Of a stretch of DNA of 64,000 bases, positions 38,292-47,057 are shown piece after piece. The notes beneath the pieces are model-generated. The model was not told the DNA's origin, did no database searches, and saw only the letters and a program-made list of their open reading frames with translations. Within the stretch, counting starts at the first letter, position 1. Each line of letters begins with the position of its first letter. Both the position numbers and the translations under genes were made by a program. Source of the stretch: a virus; IMG/VR virus record IMGVR_UViG_3300011116_000922, positions 83,411-147,410 of that record; one strand, given 5' to 3'.

Positions 38292-38430
38292 AGCAGCACA
38301 GGGGTTCAAAGCCTCCGGTGGACGCGGGCAGGACTGCATCTATTACCGCAGCCACCAGTAAAGTGGTTTAATAGGATTACTGTAGAGCGCATGAAACAGG
38401 GATTAAATATTGGAACGGGGGGTGGGGGTC

Positions 38431-38458
38431 TTGCGCGGAGGCAGGGGTGTGCTATACT
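38431..38458 (+). promoter_or_regulatory. sigma70-type promoter
   Basis: TTGCGC-16-TATACT with extended TG. Confidence 0.6.
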
Positions 38459-38464
38459 AGGGGC

Positions 38465-38584
38465 ATGACACACTTTCTATTCCACTGGCTGATTCCTGTG
38501 CTTACTGCGGGAATCGGAATCCTCCTCGCTACCATTATTGCGTCTGTGGCATGGGACACCCTGTACGGACACGGCAAGAACTAA
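38465..38584 (+). CDS. small membrane protein
   Basis: MTHFLFHWLIPVLTAGIGILLATIIASVAW. Confidence 0.55.
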   Translation: MTHFLFHWLIPVLTAGIGILLATIIASVAWDTLYGHGKN

Positions 38585-38588
38585 AGCA

Positions 38589-38816
38589 ATGCCCAACCAC
38601 ACCACTACAACAGACTCCTCGCTGCGGGTTGAACTGCGATTGCGTGAAATGGCAGACAAGTGGCATGACGCAAATCGTGCAGTATACGAAATGTGCCGTG
38701 ACGCTGCGGAAGAGATTCGGGTGTTGCGTGTGGAGCGCAGGGCAGCGGAAGCCGCTGCTGCTCTTACACACTCGTATCCCTACGGCACGGGATGGGGCAA
38801 GGGCAAGGACGAATGA
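38589..38816 (+). CDS. hypothetical protein
   Basis: DAAEEIRVLR motif; ATGA coupling. Confidence 0.6.
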   Translation: MPNHTTTTDSSLRVELRLREMADKWHDANRAVYEMCRDAAEEIRVLRVERRAAEAAAALTHSYPYGTGWGKGKDE

Positions 38817-39226
38817 ACAGCACCGGAGACAAGCACTACACGGAATACCTGCTGATAGACAAGCACGCCTGTCAGTGGATTTTCCGCGTGTTTGAAACCG
38901 ATTGGGCAGATGTGCTTGTGCAGGTGTTACCGCAGGATGGGAGCAGCACTCCCCTTGTGTGGGCGCATCAGGTGCGGTACGCTCCGAATTTTCTAGCCCA
39001 GTTGCCGCCGGACACACGGCAAGCGGAAATGGCAAAGGCACACCTGTTTGAAAAGAAATATCGTGAGGTAACGGAGTTTGGGTACGACGACCCCTCAACA
39101 GGCTGGGCCGTGGCAGGAATTCGCATCCGGTTCAACCGGGACAACACCATGCGGTTGGGCAAGGGTGACGCACGGCGGCTGTGGGAGCGGATACGGCAAG
39201 ACTCCCCCCACACATCTAAAATATAA
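38813..39226 (+). CDS. early protein with ARRLWERI motif
   Basis: Truncated version of shared C-terminal motif. Confidence 0.6.
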   Translation: MNSTGDKHYTEYLLIDKHACQWIFRVFETDWADVLVQVLPQDGSSTPLVWAHQVRYAPNFLAQLPPDTRQAEMAKAHLFEKKYREVTEFGYDDPSTGWAVAGIRIRFNRDNTMRLGKGDARRLWERIRQDSPHTSKI

Positions 39227-39254
39227 AAATCACGAACGGTAGCCGTATAAATAA

Positions 39255-39376
39255 GTGTGGTCCGGGCAGCGTAGACAGGAGCGAACACTGATTACGCTAT
39301 TCGTGCAAAGGAACTTCGCTACCTTTCGACCGTCATAGAGGGGGAGTCCCACGGGTAGGGACTCCCCCGCTTTTTT
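39255..39376 (+). ncRNA. candidate structured ncRNA (3-way junction with loop-loop pairing)
   Basis: TATAAATA at 39246, paired stems, 11-bp terminator; no ORF. Confidence 0.55.
39340..39376 (+). terminator. intrinsic terminator
   Basis: GGGGGAGTCCC/GGGACTCCCCC then T-run. Confidence 0.85.
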
Positions 39377-39383
39377 ATTTGCA

Positions 39384-39728
39384 TCAGGTTTCATCGAAAA
39401 GGCCACCCGCGACCATAATTTCTGCAATTAGTGTGGCATCCAGTACGAGATCAAGATTTCCGTACTTGATGGGAAAGCCTGTGGGGCGATCACGCGAGGG
39501 CCACAGCGGCGGCACGGGTTCGGCTTTCACCGTGCCTGTGGCAATATCCACCTCAATGGGTGACACGCCTTCAATTCTCCAGTTGGGCACAGACTCCACC
39601 ACTGCGGATTGGATTTTTGCAGTGGTGCCCAAATCCGTGTCCGTGGTGGGTGCTGCTGCGGGGGTGTCGTTTAATTCGTTTGTACGGGCAGTGCGTTGTG
39701 CCTGAATAGCGTTCCAAGATAATGCCAT
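39384..39728 (-). CDS. hypothetical late protein
   Basis: MALSWNAIQ...; GGAGG RBS and CTACATA. Confidence 0.65.
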   Translation of the reverse strand: MALSWNAIQAQRTARTNELNDTPAAAPTTDTDLGTTAKIQSAVVESVPNWRIEGVSPIEVDIATGTVKAEPVPPLWPSRDRPTGFPIKYGNLDLVLDATLIAEIMVAGGLFDET

Positions 39729-39792
39729 AGGGTTCCTCCCCCATATGTAGGAGCATGGAATAAAAAAACTAAATAGTGCTGGAGGACACCCC

Positions 39793-40332
39793 ATGCGATT
39801 TGAATCACAGAAATACCGCGCACTGAATGAAAGCATTTCCCGTATTGAAGAGGCTCCGGGCAGCGGAGTGGAAGGCGACTACGAAGGCGAGATGGCACGG
39901 GGTGAACTCAAGTCTGCCATTGCCAACGCACAGGAACTGCTTGAACTGCTTGGCGAAGACGACGAGATTGAAGCGTGGGTGCAGTCCAAGATCACCAAAG
40001 CCGCGGACTACATTTCCGCTGTTCGCAACTACATGGTGGGCAACACCATTGAGGAAGCCACCGCTGCATGGCAGCGCAGTGCAGGAAAGAACCCCGAGGG
40101 CGGCTTGAACCGCAAGGGCGTGGAATCGTACCGCCGTGAACACCCCGGCTCCAAATTGCAGACAGCGGTCACAACCAAACCAAGCAAACTCAAGCCCGGT
40201 TCCAAAAGCGCAAACCGCCGCAAGTCGTTCTGCTCACGCATGAAGGGCATGAAGGCTAAACTCACATCGGCTGAAACAGCGCGGGATCCTGATTCGCGCA
40301 TCAACAAGTCTCTGCGAAAGTGGAACTGCTGA
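39793..40332 (+). CDS. DUF6321-like conserved myophage protein
   Basis: AWQRSAGKNPEGGLN...RRKSFCSRMKGM...SRINKSLRKWNC. Confidence 0.8.
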   Translation: MRFESQKYRALNESISRIEEAPGSGVEGDYEGEMARGELKSAIANAQELLELLGEDDEIEAWVQSKITKAADYISAVRNYMVGNTIEEATAAWQRSAGKNPEGGLNRKGVESYRREHPGSKLQTAVTTKPSKLKPGSKSANRRKSFCSRMKGMKAKLTSAETARDPDSRINKSLRKWNC

Positions 40333-40333
40333 A

Positions 40334-40597
40334 ATGGCTTCATCAACACCGCGTCCCGGACTCGCTGACCCAACAGGTCATGCCACACAGATAAACGCTG
40401 TTGCGGTAACCACCACCGACATCACCGCGATCAAGGAAGAATTGATTGTTGAAATTGGTGAACTGCCACTGCCTATTCAGGGCAGTGTGGTGACTTCATA
40501 CAACGGACTCACAGGTGCAGTGCAAGGCGTTTCCCAATTCAACGGTGCCACGGGCGCGGTGAGTTTCTTGGTGGACGGCGGCGAGTTTACCGCGTAA
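40334..40597 (+). CDS. mini fibre-repeat protein
   Basis: SYNGLTGAVQGVSQFNGATGAV...DGGEF. Confidence 0.65.
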   Translation: MASSTPRPGLADPTGHATQINAVAVTTTDITAIKEELIVEIGELPLPIQGSVVTSYNGLTGAVQGVSQFNGATGAVSFLVDGGEFTA

Positions 40598-40749
40598 ACT
40601 CCAAATTTTATATTCCGTAAAACCCTGTTCCTGCGGCGTGAGCGGGGGTACAGCAATAAAGTATGGGATTGATTGCCCCAACCATCGGGGCTTTCCTCTA
40701 GATAAAGCACCCTTCGCGTGAAGGGCTTTTTCTTAAAGGAGAAGAACTG

Positions 40750-41499
40750 ATGAAGACTTTTATTGCAACGGCACTACTTGGAGCAGCGACTAGCGTAGCC
40801 TCTGCCCAAACCGTCCCTGCCACCACGGCACCCGCGACCGCTCCTGCTGTCATCAACAGCATCAGCGTAAACGAGAGCCTGACATTTTGGGGCAAGACCA
40901 ATGCTGACACGGTAGTGGAACTGGACTCCACCATCAAGGGCAAGATTTACGATCTGCTTGGTTGGCATATCACTGCTCCCGTGTACACGCAGGACTACAC
41001 TGGATACGGCGCACTTGATCTTGGCGCGGACTACGGCTTGGTTAAGGATGCCAAGTTCATTGGCTCCGTCACCAACTTCAACCTTGAAGGCGGCGCGTGG
41101 ATGCCCACGGGTTCCGCAGGTTACGGCACCGACAATGTGAATCCCCATGTTGGCTTTGACTACAACATGACTTGGGGTTCGATTGTGTACACCCAAACCT
41201 TTGACTTCCGTTGGGTTGGCTCGGTTGCGTATAGCCCCGTGTTCGGCAACTTCAACAACTACGGCGCGAATGCCGATTCGTTTGTTGCGTACAAGTGGGA
41301 CAACCTCTCGGTTGGTGTGGAACTCAACCAGTGGTACACCGATGGCGAGAATGTTGGTTACCTCGGCCCCAAGGCTGAATGGTCGGTTGCCAACAATGTA
41401 AACCTGAGTGCAGGAATCGGCATTCCTGTTTGGCAGGAAGTTAATTCCGCAAATGAGAATTCGTGGAATTTCACTGCTGGCGTTGGTATCAAGTTCTAA
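40750..41499 (+). CDS. outer-membrane beta-barrel protein
   Basis: Sec signal ending ASA, amphipathic beta strands, terminal GVGIKF. Confidence 0.8.
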   Translation: MKTFIATALLGAATSVASAQTVPATTAPATAPAVINSISVNESLTFWGKTNADTVVELDSTIKGKIYDLLGWHITAPVYTQDYTGYGALDLGADYGLVKDAKFIGSVTNFNLEGGAWMPTGSAGYGTDNVNPHVGFDYNMTWGSIVYTQTFDFRWVGSVAYSPVFGNFNNYGANADSFVAYKWDNLSVGVELNQWYTDGENVGYLGPKAEWSVANNVNLSAGIGIPVWQEVNSANENSWNFTAGVGIKF

Positions 41500-41520
41500 T
41501 TCATTTTAAAGAAGAAACAC

Positions 41521-41676
41521 ATGAGTACAAAGAATCATTGCCCCGTTACCGGATGCTTTTGTTGGAAGAACCCCCTGCACCTCGCAGGCTTCCTTGCCTT
41601 GCTCCCGTTTGCGGTCAAGGGCTTCGTTTGGGTTTGGGCTGCGGCTACGGCAGCAGTAAACAACCTCGTCAAGTAA
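41521..41676 (+). CDS. small Cys-containing membrane protein
   Basis: MSTKNHCPVTGCFCWKNPLHLAGFLALLPFAV. Confidence 0.6.
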   Translation: MSTKNHCPVTGCFCWKNPLHLAGFLALLPFAVKGFVWVWAAATAAVNNLVK

Positions 41677-41700
41677 TTGACGAAACCACTTTCGGAAGGG

Positions 41701-41729
41701 GAGGGCAGAAATGCCCTCCCTTTTCATTT
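41701..41729 (+). terminator. intrinsic terminator
   Basis: GAGGGCA-GAAA-TGCCCTC then CCTTTT. Confidence 0.75.
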
Positions 41730-41971
41730 GGAAAGAAACAACCCCCTTGCGGGGGTTGTCGGGCTAGAGATGCTATCTCTAGCGGGGCGGGGTGATCGCT
41801 ACCTTTTAAACTAATCAGGTAAGGATTATGTATACAGGAAATACTTTTAGTTTTCCTGACTGGCTGGTTGTCTGGAAACACTTGTGGAATTAAGGGCTTC
41901 CACTTAATCCCTTTAGTTCAAGTCCCGTCATATTTGTTTTGTTTATCCCGCAGAAAGTTTTGTGTCCCGGC

Positions 41972-41999
41972 TTGACACCGTGGCAGGGCATGGTATATT
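41972..41999 (+). promoter_or_regulatory. sigma70-type promoter
   Basis: TTGACA-16-TATATT, extended TG. Confidence 0.75.
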
Positions 42000-42005
42000 T
42001 TGTGT

Positions 42006-42632
42006 ATGGAACTTCTCAACGCTTGGATGTTGTACCGACCTGCAACCGACACCCGGTTGCCTGATTGCGTGTTCTTTGAACATGGCGCAGACGAGCGGTG
42101 GATGTGTGTGCAGTACCGTTCCGATGCGGACTACAAAACCGCTACTCGCGGTGCCGTGGGTCTGCCTGTGTGTCTTCTTCGCCGCAGCGTGGAATCCATG
42201 CGTGAGATTTGGACGCGATTCATTGATGACGGTTGGGTTCGTGTGGACGCTTGTACTCCGCAGGGCTGTTCGTTTGCTACTGCGGCAAAACACGCATTTG
42301 TTCACCGCAACAAGATTGCCACCGATCAGCACAGCGGTGTGGACGGTATGTTTGGAACACTGACCCGAGACAGCGACCTGTTCAGCGAGTTGTATTTCGC
42401 AAAGAAACTTCCCACCCCTGATGGATTCCACGCGGTCAAGGGAATGCCCTTGTATTCGTTCCTGCGTTCCCATCGTGGCATGTTCACCACTCCCCCGACT
42501 CCGCGCCCGGTTGCACTCCCCGATCCGGCACAGCAAATTGCAGAAATCTTCCGCCAAGCAATGGAAGAGGAGCGGGAGAAGTACGAGTCTGATTATTGGG
42601 GAAACAACACCAACTACGCCTTGGAGGCATAA
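42006..42632 (+). CDS. early protein with MREIWTRFIDDGW motif
   Basis: Shared motif; promoter-proximal. Confidence 0.7.
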   Translation: MELLNAWMLYRPATDTRLPDCVFFEHGADERWMCVQYRSDADYKTATRGAVGLPVCLLRRSVESMREIWTRFIDDGWVRVDACTPQGCSFATAAKHAFVHRNKIATDQHSGVDGMFGTLTRDSDLFSELYFAKKLPTPDGFHAVKGMPLYSFLRSHRGMFTTPPTPRPVALPDPAQQIAEIFRQAMEEEREKYESDYWGNNTNYALEA

Positions 42633-43075
42633 TGTCAAAAACTCGCCGTGTACTTTTTGTGGATGATCTTCTGTATCGTTGGGACATTTTCAAGGGTCTG
42701 TATCAAGACCCCGAAACGGCTCATGTGGAATTCGTGTGGGCCAAGGATTACGACGAAGCCATTGCCCAACTGCAAAACGGAAAATGGGATGTGGTGTTCC
42801 TTGACCATGATCTAGAGGATCCAATGGAATACGATCTCAAGATGGGTTGGCGTGACGGCAGTGCCATTGTGGATTGGATTCGTGAACACACTCCACAAAT
42901 TGATTTTGCGGTTTGCCATTCCATGAATCCCGTGGGTCGGCAGCGCATGATGTCAGGTTTGGAGCGCAGTGGATACCCTGCACGATCCATTCCGTTTTAC
43001 GCTTTTGACCAATCTCTGCATCCATTGGTTTCAGGTGGGGACGGCTCCAACATTTCAAATAACGAAACCGATTGA
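42632..43075 (+). CDS. cyclic-phosphate-processing receiver-like domain protein
   Basis: LFVDD, FLDHDL, HSMNPVG. Confidence 0.75.
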   Translation: MSKTRRVLFVDDLLYRWDIFKGLYQDPETAHVEFVWAKDYDEAIAQLQNGKWDVVFLDHDLEDPMEYDLKMGWRDGSAIVDWIREHTPQIDFAVCHSMNPVGRQRMMSGLERSGYPARSIPFYAFDQSLHPLVSGGDGSNISNNETD

Positions 43076-43135
43076 AATAAACAAAACCTGTTCTGCCCTA
43101 TTGACACACCCACAAAGTCTGCTACAATTACCCAC

Positions 43136-43405
43136 ATGACAAATCTACTCTTCGAAACCGCAAAGCAGTATCTTGGAACTGGCGCAATCGTTCGCTTGGT
43201 GTTCACCAAGAAGGATGGAACGGAACGAGTGCTAATCGGCACACGGAGTCTTGATCGGATTCCTGCTGAACTGCATCCAAAGGGGAGTGATGCGGAAAAG
43301 AAGAGTGATGCGTTCCCGGTTTACGATGTTGAGGCAGGGGGTTGGCGTTCCTTCAAGCCCGACACTCTAAAGGCAGTGGAACTGCTGCCTGAAGCCTCCG
43401 CGTAA
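43136..43405 (+). CDS. WYL_2 / SH3-like barrel protein
   Basis: FTKKDGTERVLIGT...VYDVEAGGWRSF; promoter TTGACA-16-TACAAT at 43101. Confidence 0.8.
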   Translation: MTNLLFETAKQYLGTGAIVRLVFTKKDGTERVLIGTRSLDRIPAELHPKGSDAEKKSDAFPVYDVEAGGWRSFKPDTLKAVELLPEASA

Positions 43406-43460
43406 TCGGGACGCGCAACAATTCGGAAATGTGCCTGAAATATTCATATTTTTGGCACCC

Positions 43461-43554
43461 GCGAAAACCCCTGCTAAAACAGGGGTTTTTCGTAAATAAT
43501 TATCGGACTTTATTTGCGTAGCCTCTTGACGGAAACCCCTGTTTCCAGTACAAT
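43461..43554 (+). promoter_or_regulatory. sigma70-type promoter with conserved upstream element
   Basis: AAAACCCCTG/CAGGGGTTTT palindrome, TTATCGGAC, TTGACG-17-TACAAT. Confidence 0.75.
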
Positions 43555-43562
43555 GGTGGTCT

Positions 43563-44369
43563 ATGGCAACTGCCTCAACTACCGCACCCATGCGCCGCTC
43601 CACCCGTTCGCCCATGTCCTACACGCCGTTCGTGCTGAACCCGTCCGCTCTCCCCTACGGTCTGTGGATCGACATCCCGTTCCGCAAGCGCGGCAGCACG
43701 GCTATCCGCTCCGAAGCCAAGGGTCGCGGTGCGCGTTTCTGCCCTGCTGCCAAGGGCAACATCAAGTGGTGGATGCCGCAGAACCGCCTGACAGCGGACA
43801 CCGTGGATTGGCTCAACAAGAACGAAATGATTCGCGGTGAGCGCAAGGCTCCGGTGTTCAACCCCAACGCCATGACGGTCGCGGACATCAACCTCGCGTA
43901 CCCGTTCCGTGTGTACCTTGCCGTGCCGTTCGTGGACAAGGATCACGCCAAGGGCATGAGCGCGAAGTTCTGCGGTGACGCGAAGCGGTGGTATTTCGAT
44001 GCCACCAGCATCACGCAGCAGCGGTTTGACGAGATGCTGCGTAGGCAGTGGGTGTTCTCGTTCCACGGTGTGCTGAAGAGCGACACCACGCACACCGCTA
44101 CGGGCGTGTACTTCTTTGCGGAAGACCTTGGTGGTGCGGTCGCAGTGAAGTCCGTCCCCGCGCCGTTCGTGCCGCAAGCGTGGACTTTCGTGAAGAACGG
44201 GATGTTCATCACGATGCACACCACCACAGACGGTTGCATCGTGCTGACCTCCGATAGCGAGAACTATGTGGACGGCATCTACACGAAGGACGAGGCGCGT
44301 GTCACTTGGAACGCGCTGGTCGCTGACGGGTGGGTGCTGTCGCAGACGCACGGAGGCAACAATGCCTGA
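43563..44369 (+). CDS. DUF5710-like repeat protein with C-terminal ARVTWNALVADGW
   Basis: Two IPF/VPF..AK..GA(R/K)F...WW/WY units. Confidence 0.7.
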   Translation: MATASTTAPMRRSTRSPMSYTPFVLNPSALPYGLWIDIPFRKRGSTAIRSEAKGRGARFCPAAKGNIKWWMPQNRLTADTVDWLNKNEMIRGERKAPVFNPNAMTVADINLAYPFRVYLAVPFVDKDHAKGMSAKFCGDAKRWYFDATSITQQRFDEMLRRQWVFSFHGVLKSDTTHTATGVYFFAEDLGGAVAVKSVPAPFVPQAWTFVKNGMFITMHTTTDGCIVLTSDSENYVDGIYTKDEARVTWNALVADGWVLSQTHGGNNA

Positions 44370-44580
44370 AGTGTTCACGCCACTGGAGTGGGTACTGGTG
44401 AACAAGGACATCCCGTCCGTGTTTGTCTCCATGATAAACACCGCAGACGACAAGATCATTATTCAGAGCAACGACACGCAGGAGTTGCCTGACATCCCGC
44501 CAAGCGGCATCTACTCCAAGGACGCGGCACGGCGGGCATGGGACAACCTGATGGGGTGGGGTTGGAAACGGGTCAAGTAA
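44362..44580 (+). CDS. small protein with GIYSKDAARRAWDNLMGWGW
   Basis: Paralog of preceding gene C-terminus; GGAGG RBS. Confidence 0.75.
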   Translation: MPEVFTPLEWVLVNKDIPSVFVSMINTADDKIIIQSNDTQELPDIPPSGIYSKDAARRAWDNLMGWGWKRVK

Positions 44581-44590
44581 ACAGAGGAGA

Positions 44591-44872
44591 ATGACAGAAA
44601 TGTGCAAATACGAACACTGTGACAGTTGCGGTTGCCGCGTTCACGCGAAGGCGCGTTGCGTGGTGAGATCCCTGCCGTGCGATGTGGCTTCCGCCAATGT
44701 GGGCGAGAGCGCGACCCTGTGCCGTCGTTGCTACGGCATCGTGTCGGGCAAGGACGCGCCTGTTTCGGATGACAACATGAACCCGTGCCGCTGCTGCGGC
44801 GAACCCGTTTACGACACCGACTACGACACCTGTGACGGCTGTGAGCCGACCGAGGAGAACACCAATGGGTAA
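44591..44872 (+). CDS. Cys-rich zinc-finger-like protein
   Basis: Four CxxC pairs. Confidence 0.65.
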   Translation: MTEMCKYEHCDSCGCRVHAKARCVVRSLPCDVASANVGESATLCRRCYGIVSGKDAPVSDDNMNPCRCCGEPVYDTDYDTCDGCEPTEENTNG

Positions 44873-45209
44873 GACCAAGACGAAGAAGAAGACCCCCGCC
44901 AAGCGCATGACGAAGATGGAGCGACGGTCGATTGAGGCACACAACACCAAGCCCGATTCCGTTGTCACCACCAACGGGTGGGGCGGTGAGGTGGGCGTGG
45001 AGGCAGGATTCAACCGTGTGGGCAAGCACGGTGAGCGAACCGCAACCATTGACGCTTACGACAATGGTTACGACCCCGATGACCCGATCCGTTTCGTGAG
45101 CCTGTCGTTCAACGATCCGTATTCGCTGCGTGAACTCGCAGACGCGCTGAATGCCGTTGCGGATTGGATGGACGAGGACAGACCCCAGTTTCCGAAGGAG
45201 CAGCGATGA
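44865..45209 (+). CDS. hypothetical protein
   Basis: RBS GAGGAG; coupled operon. Confidence 0.65.
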   Translation: MGKTKTKKKTPAKRMTKMERRSIEAHNTKPDSVVTTNGWGGEVGVEAGFNRVGKHGERTATIDAYDNGYDPDDPIRFVSLSFNDPYSLRELADALNAVADWMDEDRPQFPKEQR

Positions 45210-45391
45210 AGACCGCAAAAGAAATGGTTGCAGACGCACTCACCAACGCACTCCTCACTATGTGGCGGGAGAACCACCCATACGATGACCCCGAGGTTTA
45301 CACCGCTGACTTTCAGCGGATGTGCGAACGCCAGTTGTACTTCATCGTGAAAACGGGACTCAAGAAGAACAAGGAGAACATCAATGACTGA
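45206..45391 (+). CDS. hypothetical protein
   Basis: RBS AAGGAG; ATGA overlap. Confidence 0.6.
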   Translation: MKTAKEMVADALTNALLTMWRENHPYDDPEVYTADFQRMCERQLYFIVKTGLKKNKENIND

Positions 45392-45710
45392 CAACGAATT
45401 CATTCCCGCGTCCCTCCGTATTGGCGCGACTCCTGCTCCCCGTCCCGAAGTGCCCCTTGATGTGCTGCTGCGGGGCATCAACAGCAATTACGAGGAGTGG
45501 ATGACCAACAGTCCCCATTGGGATCGCAACGACACCCGTAATCTCATCATCAGCATGAAGGTTGCTCTTGAGCGACTACAGCAGGAGCGCGACGAGGCGC
45601 GGCGGCTTTACTGTAGGGCTGTTGAAGAAATTGAACATGGTATGACCAACGAGACTGAACGCATGGTTGCCGATTTTCTTGAATGGGACTGCTTCAAGGA
45701 AAATTCCTGA
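45384..45710 (+). CDS. protein with ERDEARR...WDCFKEN module
   Basis: Module repeated in 46023..46283. Confidence 0.7.
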   Translation: MTDNEFIPASLRIGATPAPRPEVPLDVLLRGINSNYEEWMTNSPHWDRNDTRNLIISMKVALERLQQERDEARRLYCRAVEEIEHGMTNETERMVADFLEWDCFKENS

Positions 45711-45808
45711 CGGATTTCCTGTCACGAACTACCGTCACAGACGGTGTATACAATGCAACCACATGGTGTGGGGGCAACAACAAGAAAGAGAAATTGAAAG
45801 GACTAATT

Positions 45809-46030
45809 ATGGCTACCAAGACCAAGAAAACTTCTACCCCAAACAATGTCAAATTGCTCAATCGTCTGTCAAGCATGACTGAAAAAATGGATATGCTTGC
45901 AAATGATGTAATGGACGGTCAGGTTTCGGCAGACGAAATCTACGACAGGCTTGACGGCATCAGAATCAACATTGAGTTGATCCATGACGCTCTCCATAAC
46001 AACATCAACAAGGAGAACACCAATGGATGA
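45809..46030 (+). CDS. hypothetical protein
   Basis: RBS AAGGA. Confidence 0.6.
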   Translation: MATKTKKTSTPNNVKLLNRLSSMTEKMDMLANDVMDGQVSADEIYDRLDGIRINIELIHDALHNNINKENTNG

Positions 46031-46283
46031 CGCAACGAAGGAAGACCTGTTGGCGATCCTGAATGAAAAACAGGAAGAGATTGAATGGCTCAAAGCGGAA
46101 CTTGATGAAGCAAACCACTGTCGGGAACTTTCCGATGCTGAATGTGTGACGCTCCGCAACGAGCGTGACGAGGCACGGCAGCGTTACTGCTTTGCGATGG
46201 CAGAGCATGGCGAGGAAGCCGAAGCACGGCAGAACGCAAAGGACGAGGGATGGGACTGCTTCAAGGAGAACACCGATGCCTGA
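46023..46283 (+). CDS. protein with ERDEARQ...WDCFKEN module
   Basis: RBS AAGGAG. Confidence 0.7.
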   Translation: MDDATKEDLLAILNEKQEEIEWLKAELDEANHCRELSDAECVTLRNERDEARQRYCFAMAEHGEEAEARQNAKDEGWDCFKENTDA

Positions 46284-46425
46284 CTCCCACGACATTTGCA
46301 CGATACTCACAGTCTCATTCATCGGGATTGCCCTTTTGTTCTCTGTCTTGGCTTGCATGAAAAACAGAGAAACGGAACGATTGCTCAAGTCGATTAAAGA
46401 AAAGCAGAATCACAATGCCCGCTGA
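46276..46425 (+). CDS. small membrane protein
   Basis: One TM segment; RBS AAGGAG. Confidence 0.55.
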   Translation: MPDSHDICTILTVSFIGIALLFSVLACMKNRETERLLKSIKEKQNHNAR

Positions 46426-46747
46426 ATACGACACCAACCGAATGACCCCACGACAGCGCAAGTCTCTCAACCGCAGTAAACTGCTGCACGATCTTGTGAT
46501 CCCGTTTCTGATCGTGGGAATGGCAGCGTCCTTGTTTGCTGCCTACGGATGCAGACGGCACAACCCCAACAGTCCCGTGCCTAATGCCCATGTGACCAGT
46601 GGCAAATACCACCAATACATGGACTGCCGTGTTCTCAAGGCAGGCAACGGCAGCATTGAACTCATTACGCAGGACGGACAACACATCACCATTCAGGGAG
46701 AAGCCCAAGTGTATTGGTTCCCCGAAGAGCCAAAGGAGCCGCAGTGA
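46415..46747 (+). CDS. membrane-anchored protein
   Basis: TM segment then small beta domain. Confidence 0.6.
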   Translation: MPAEYDTNRMTPRQRKSLNRSKLLHDLVIPFLIVGMAASLFAAYGCRRHNPNSPVPNAHVTSGKYHQYMDCRVLKAGNGSIELITQDGQHITIQGEAQVYWFPEEPKEPQ

Positions 46748-47046
46748 ACACCGCACACGCACTCTACCATCCCGCCGTGGACCACACCCTTGTTTTCCAC
46801 ATTGACCCCGTTCGCTACGAAGGCACGATTCGCTACTACTCTGGTCCGCTTGCGGTTCCCCACAAAGAAGTGCATCACACCTTTTCACTTTCAGAAATCA
46901 ACGGCACGGAACACAAGGGTGTGCGGTCAGGGCAGAACACCTTTTCGGTTCCCGTGCTGCGCGACATATGGAAGGCACTCGTAGTCTACCGTGAAGGTGG
47001 ATGGGTTGCCCACCCACTAAAGAACTACCCCACGCCCGTGAAGTAA
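46744..47046 (+). CDS. early protein with LRDIWKALV..EGGW motif
   Basis: GTGA overlap, AAGGAG RBS, shared motif. Confidence 0.65.
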   Translation: MNTAHALYHPAVDHTLVFHIDPVRYEGTIRYYSGPLAVPHKEVHHTFSLSEINGTEHKGVRSGQNTFSVPVLRDIWKALVVYREGGWVAHPLKNYPTPVK

Positions 47047-47057
47047 AGGAAACACCG

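Noticed and set aside
42632-43075. Two-component response regulator
   Set aside because: DHDL and HSxNPVG motifs fit the cyclic-phosphate-processing receiver variant; no kinase or output domain
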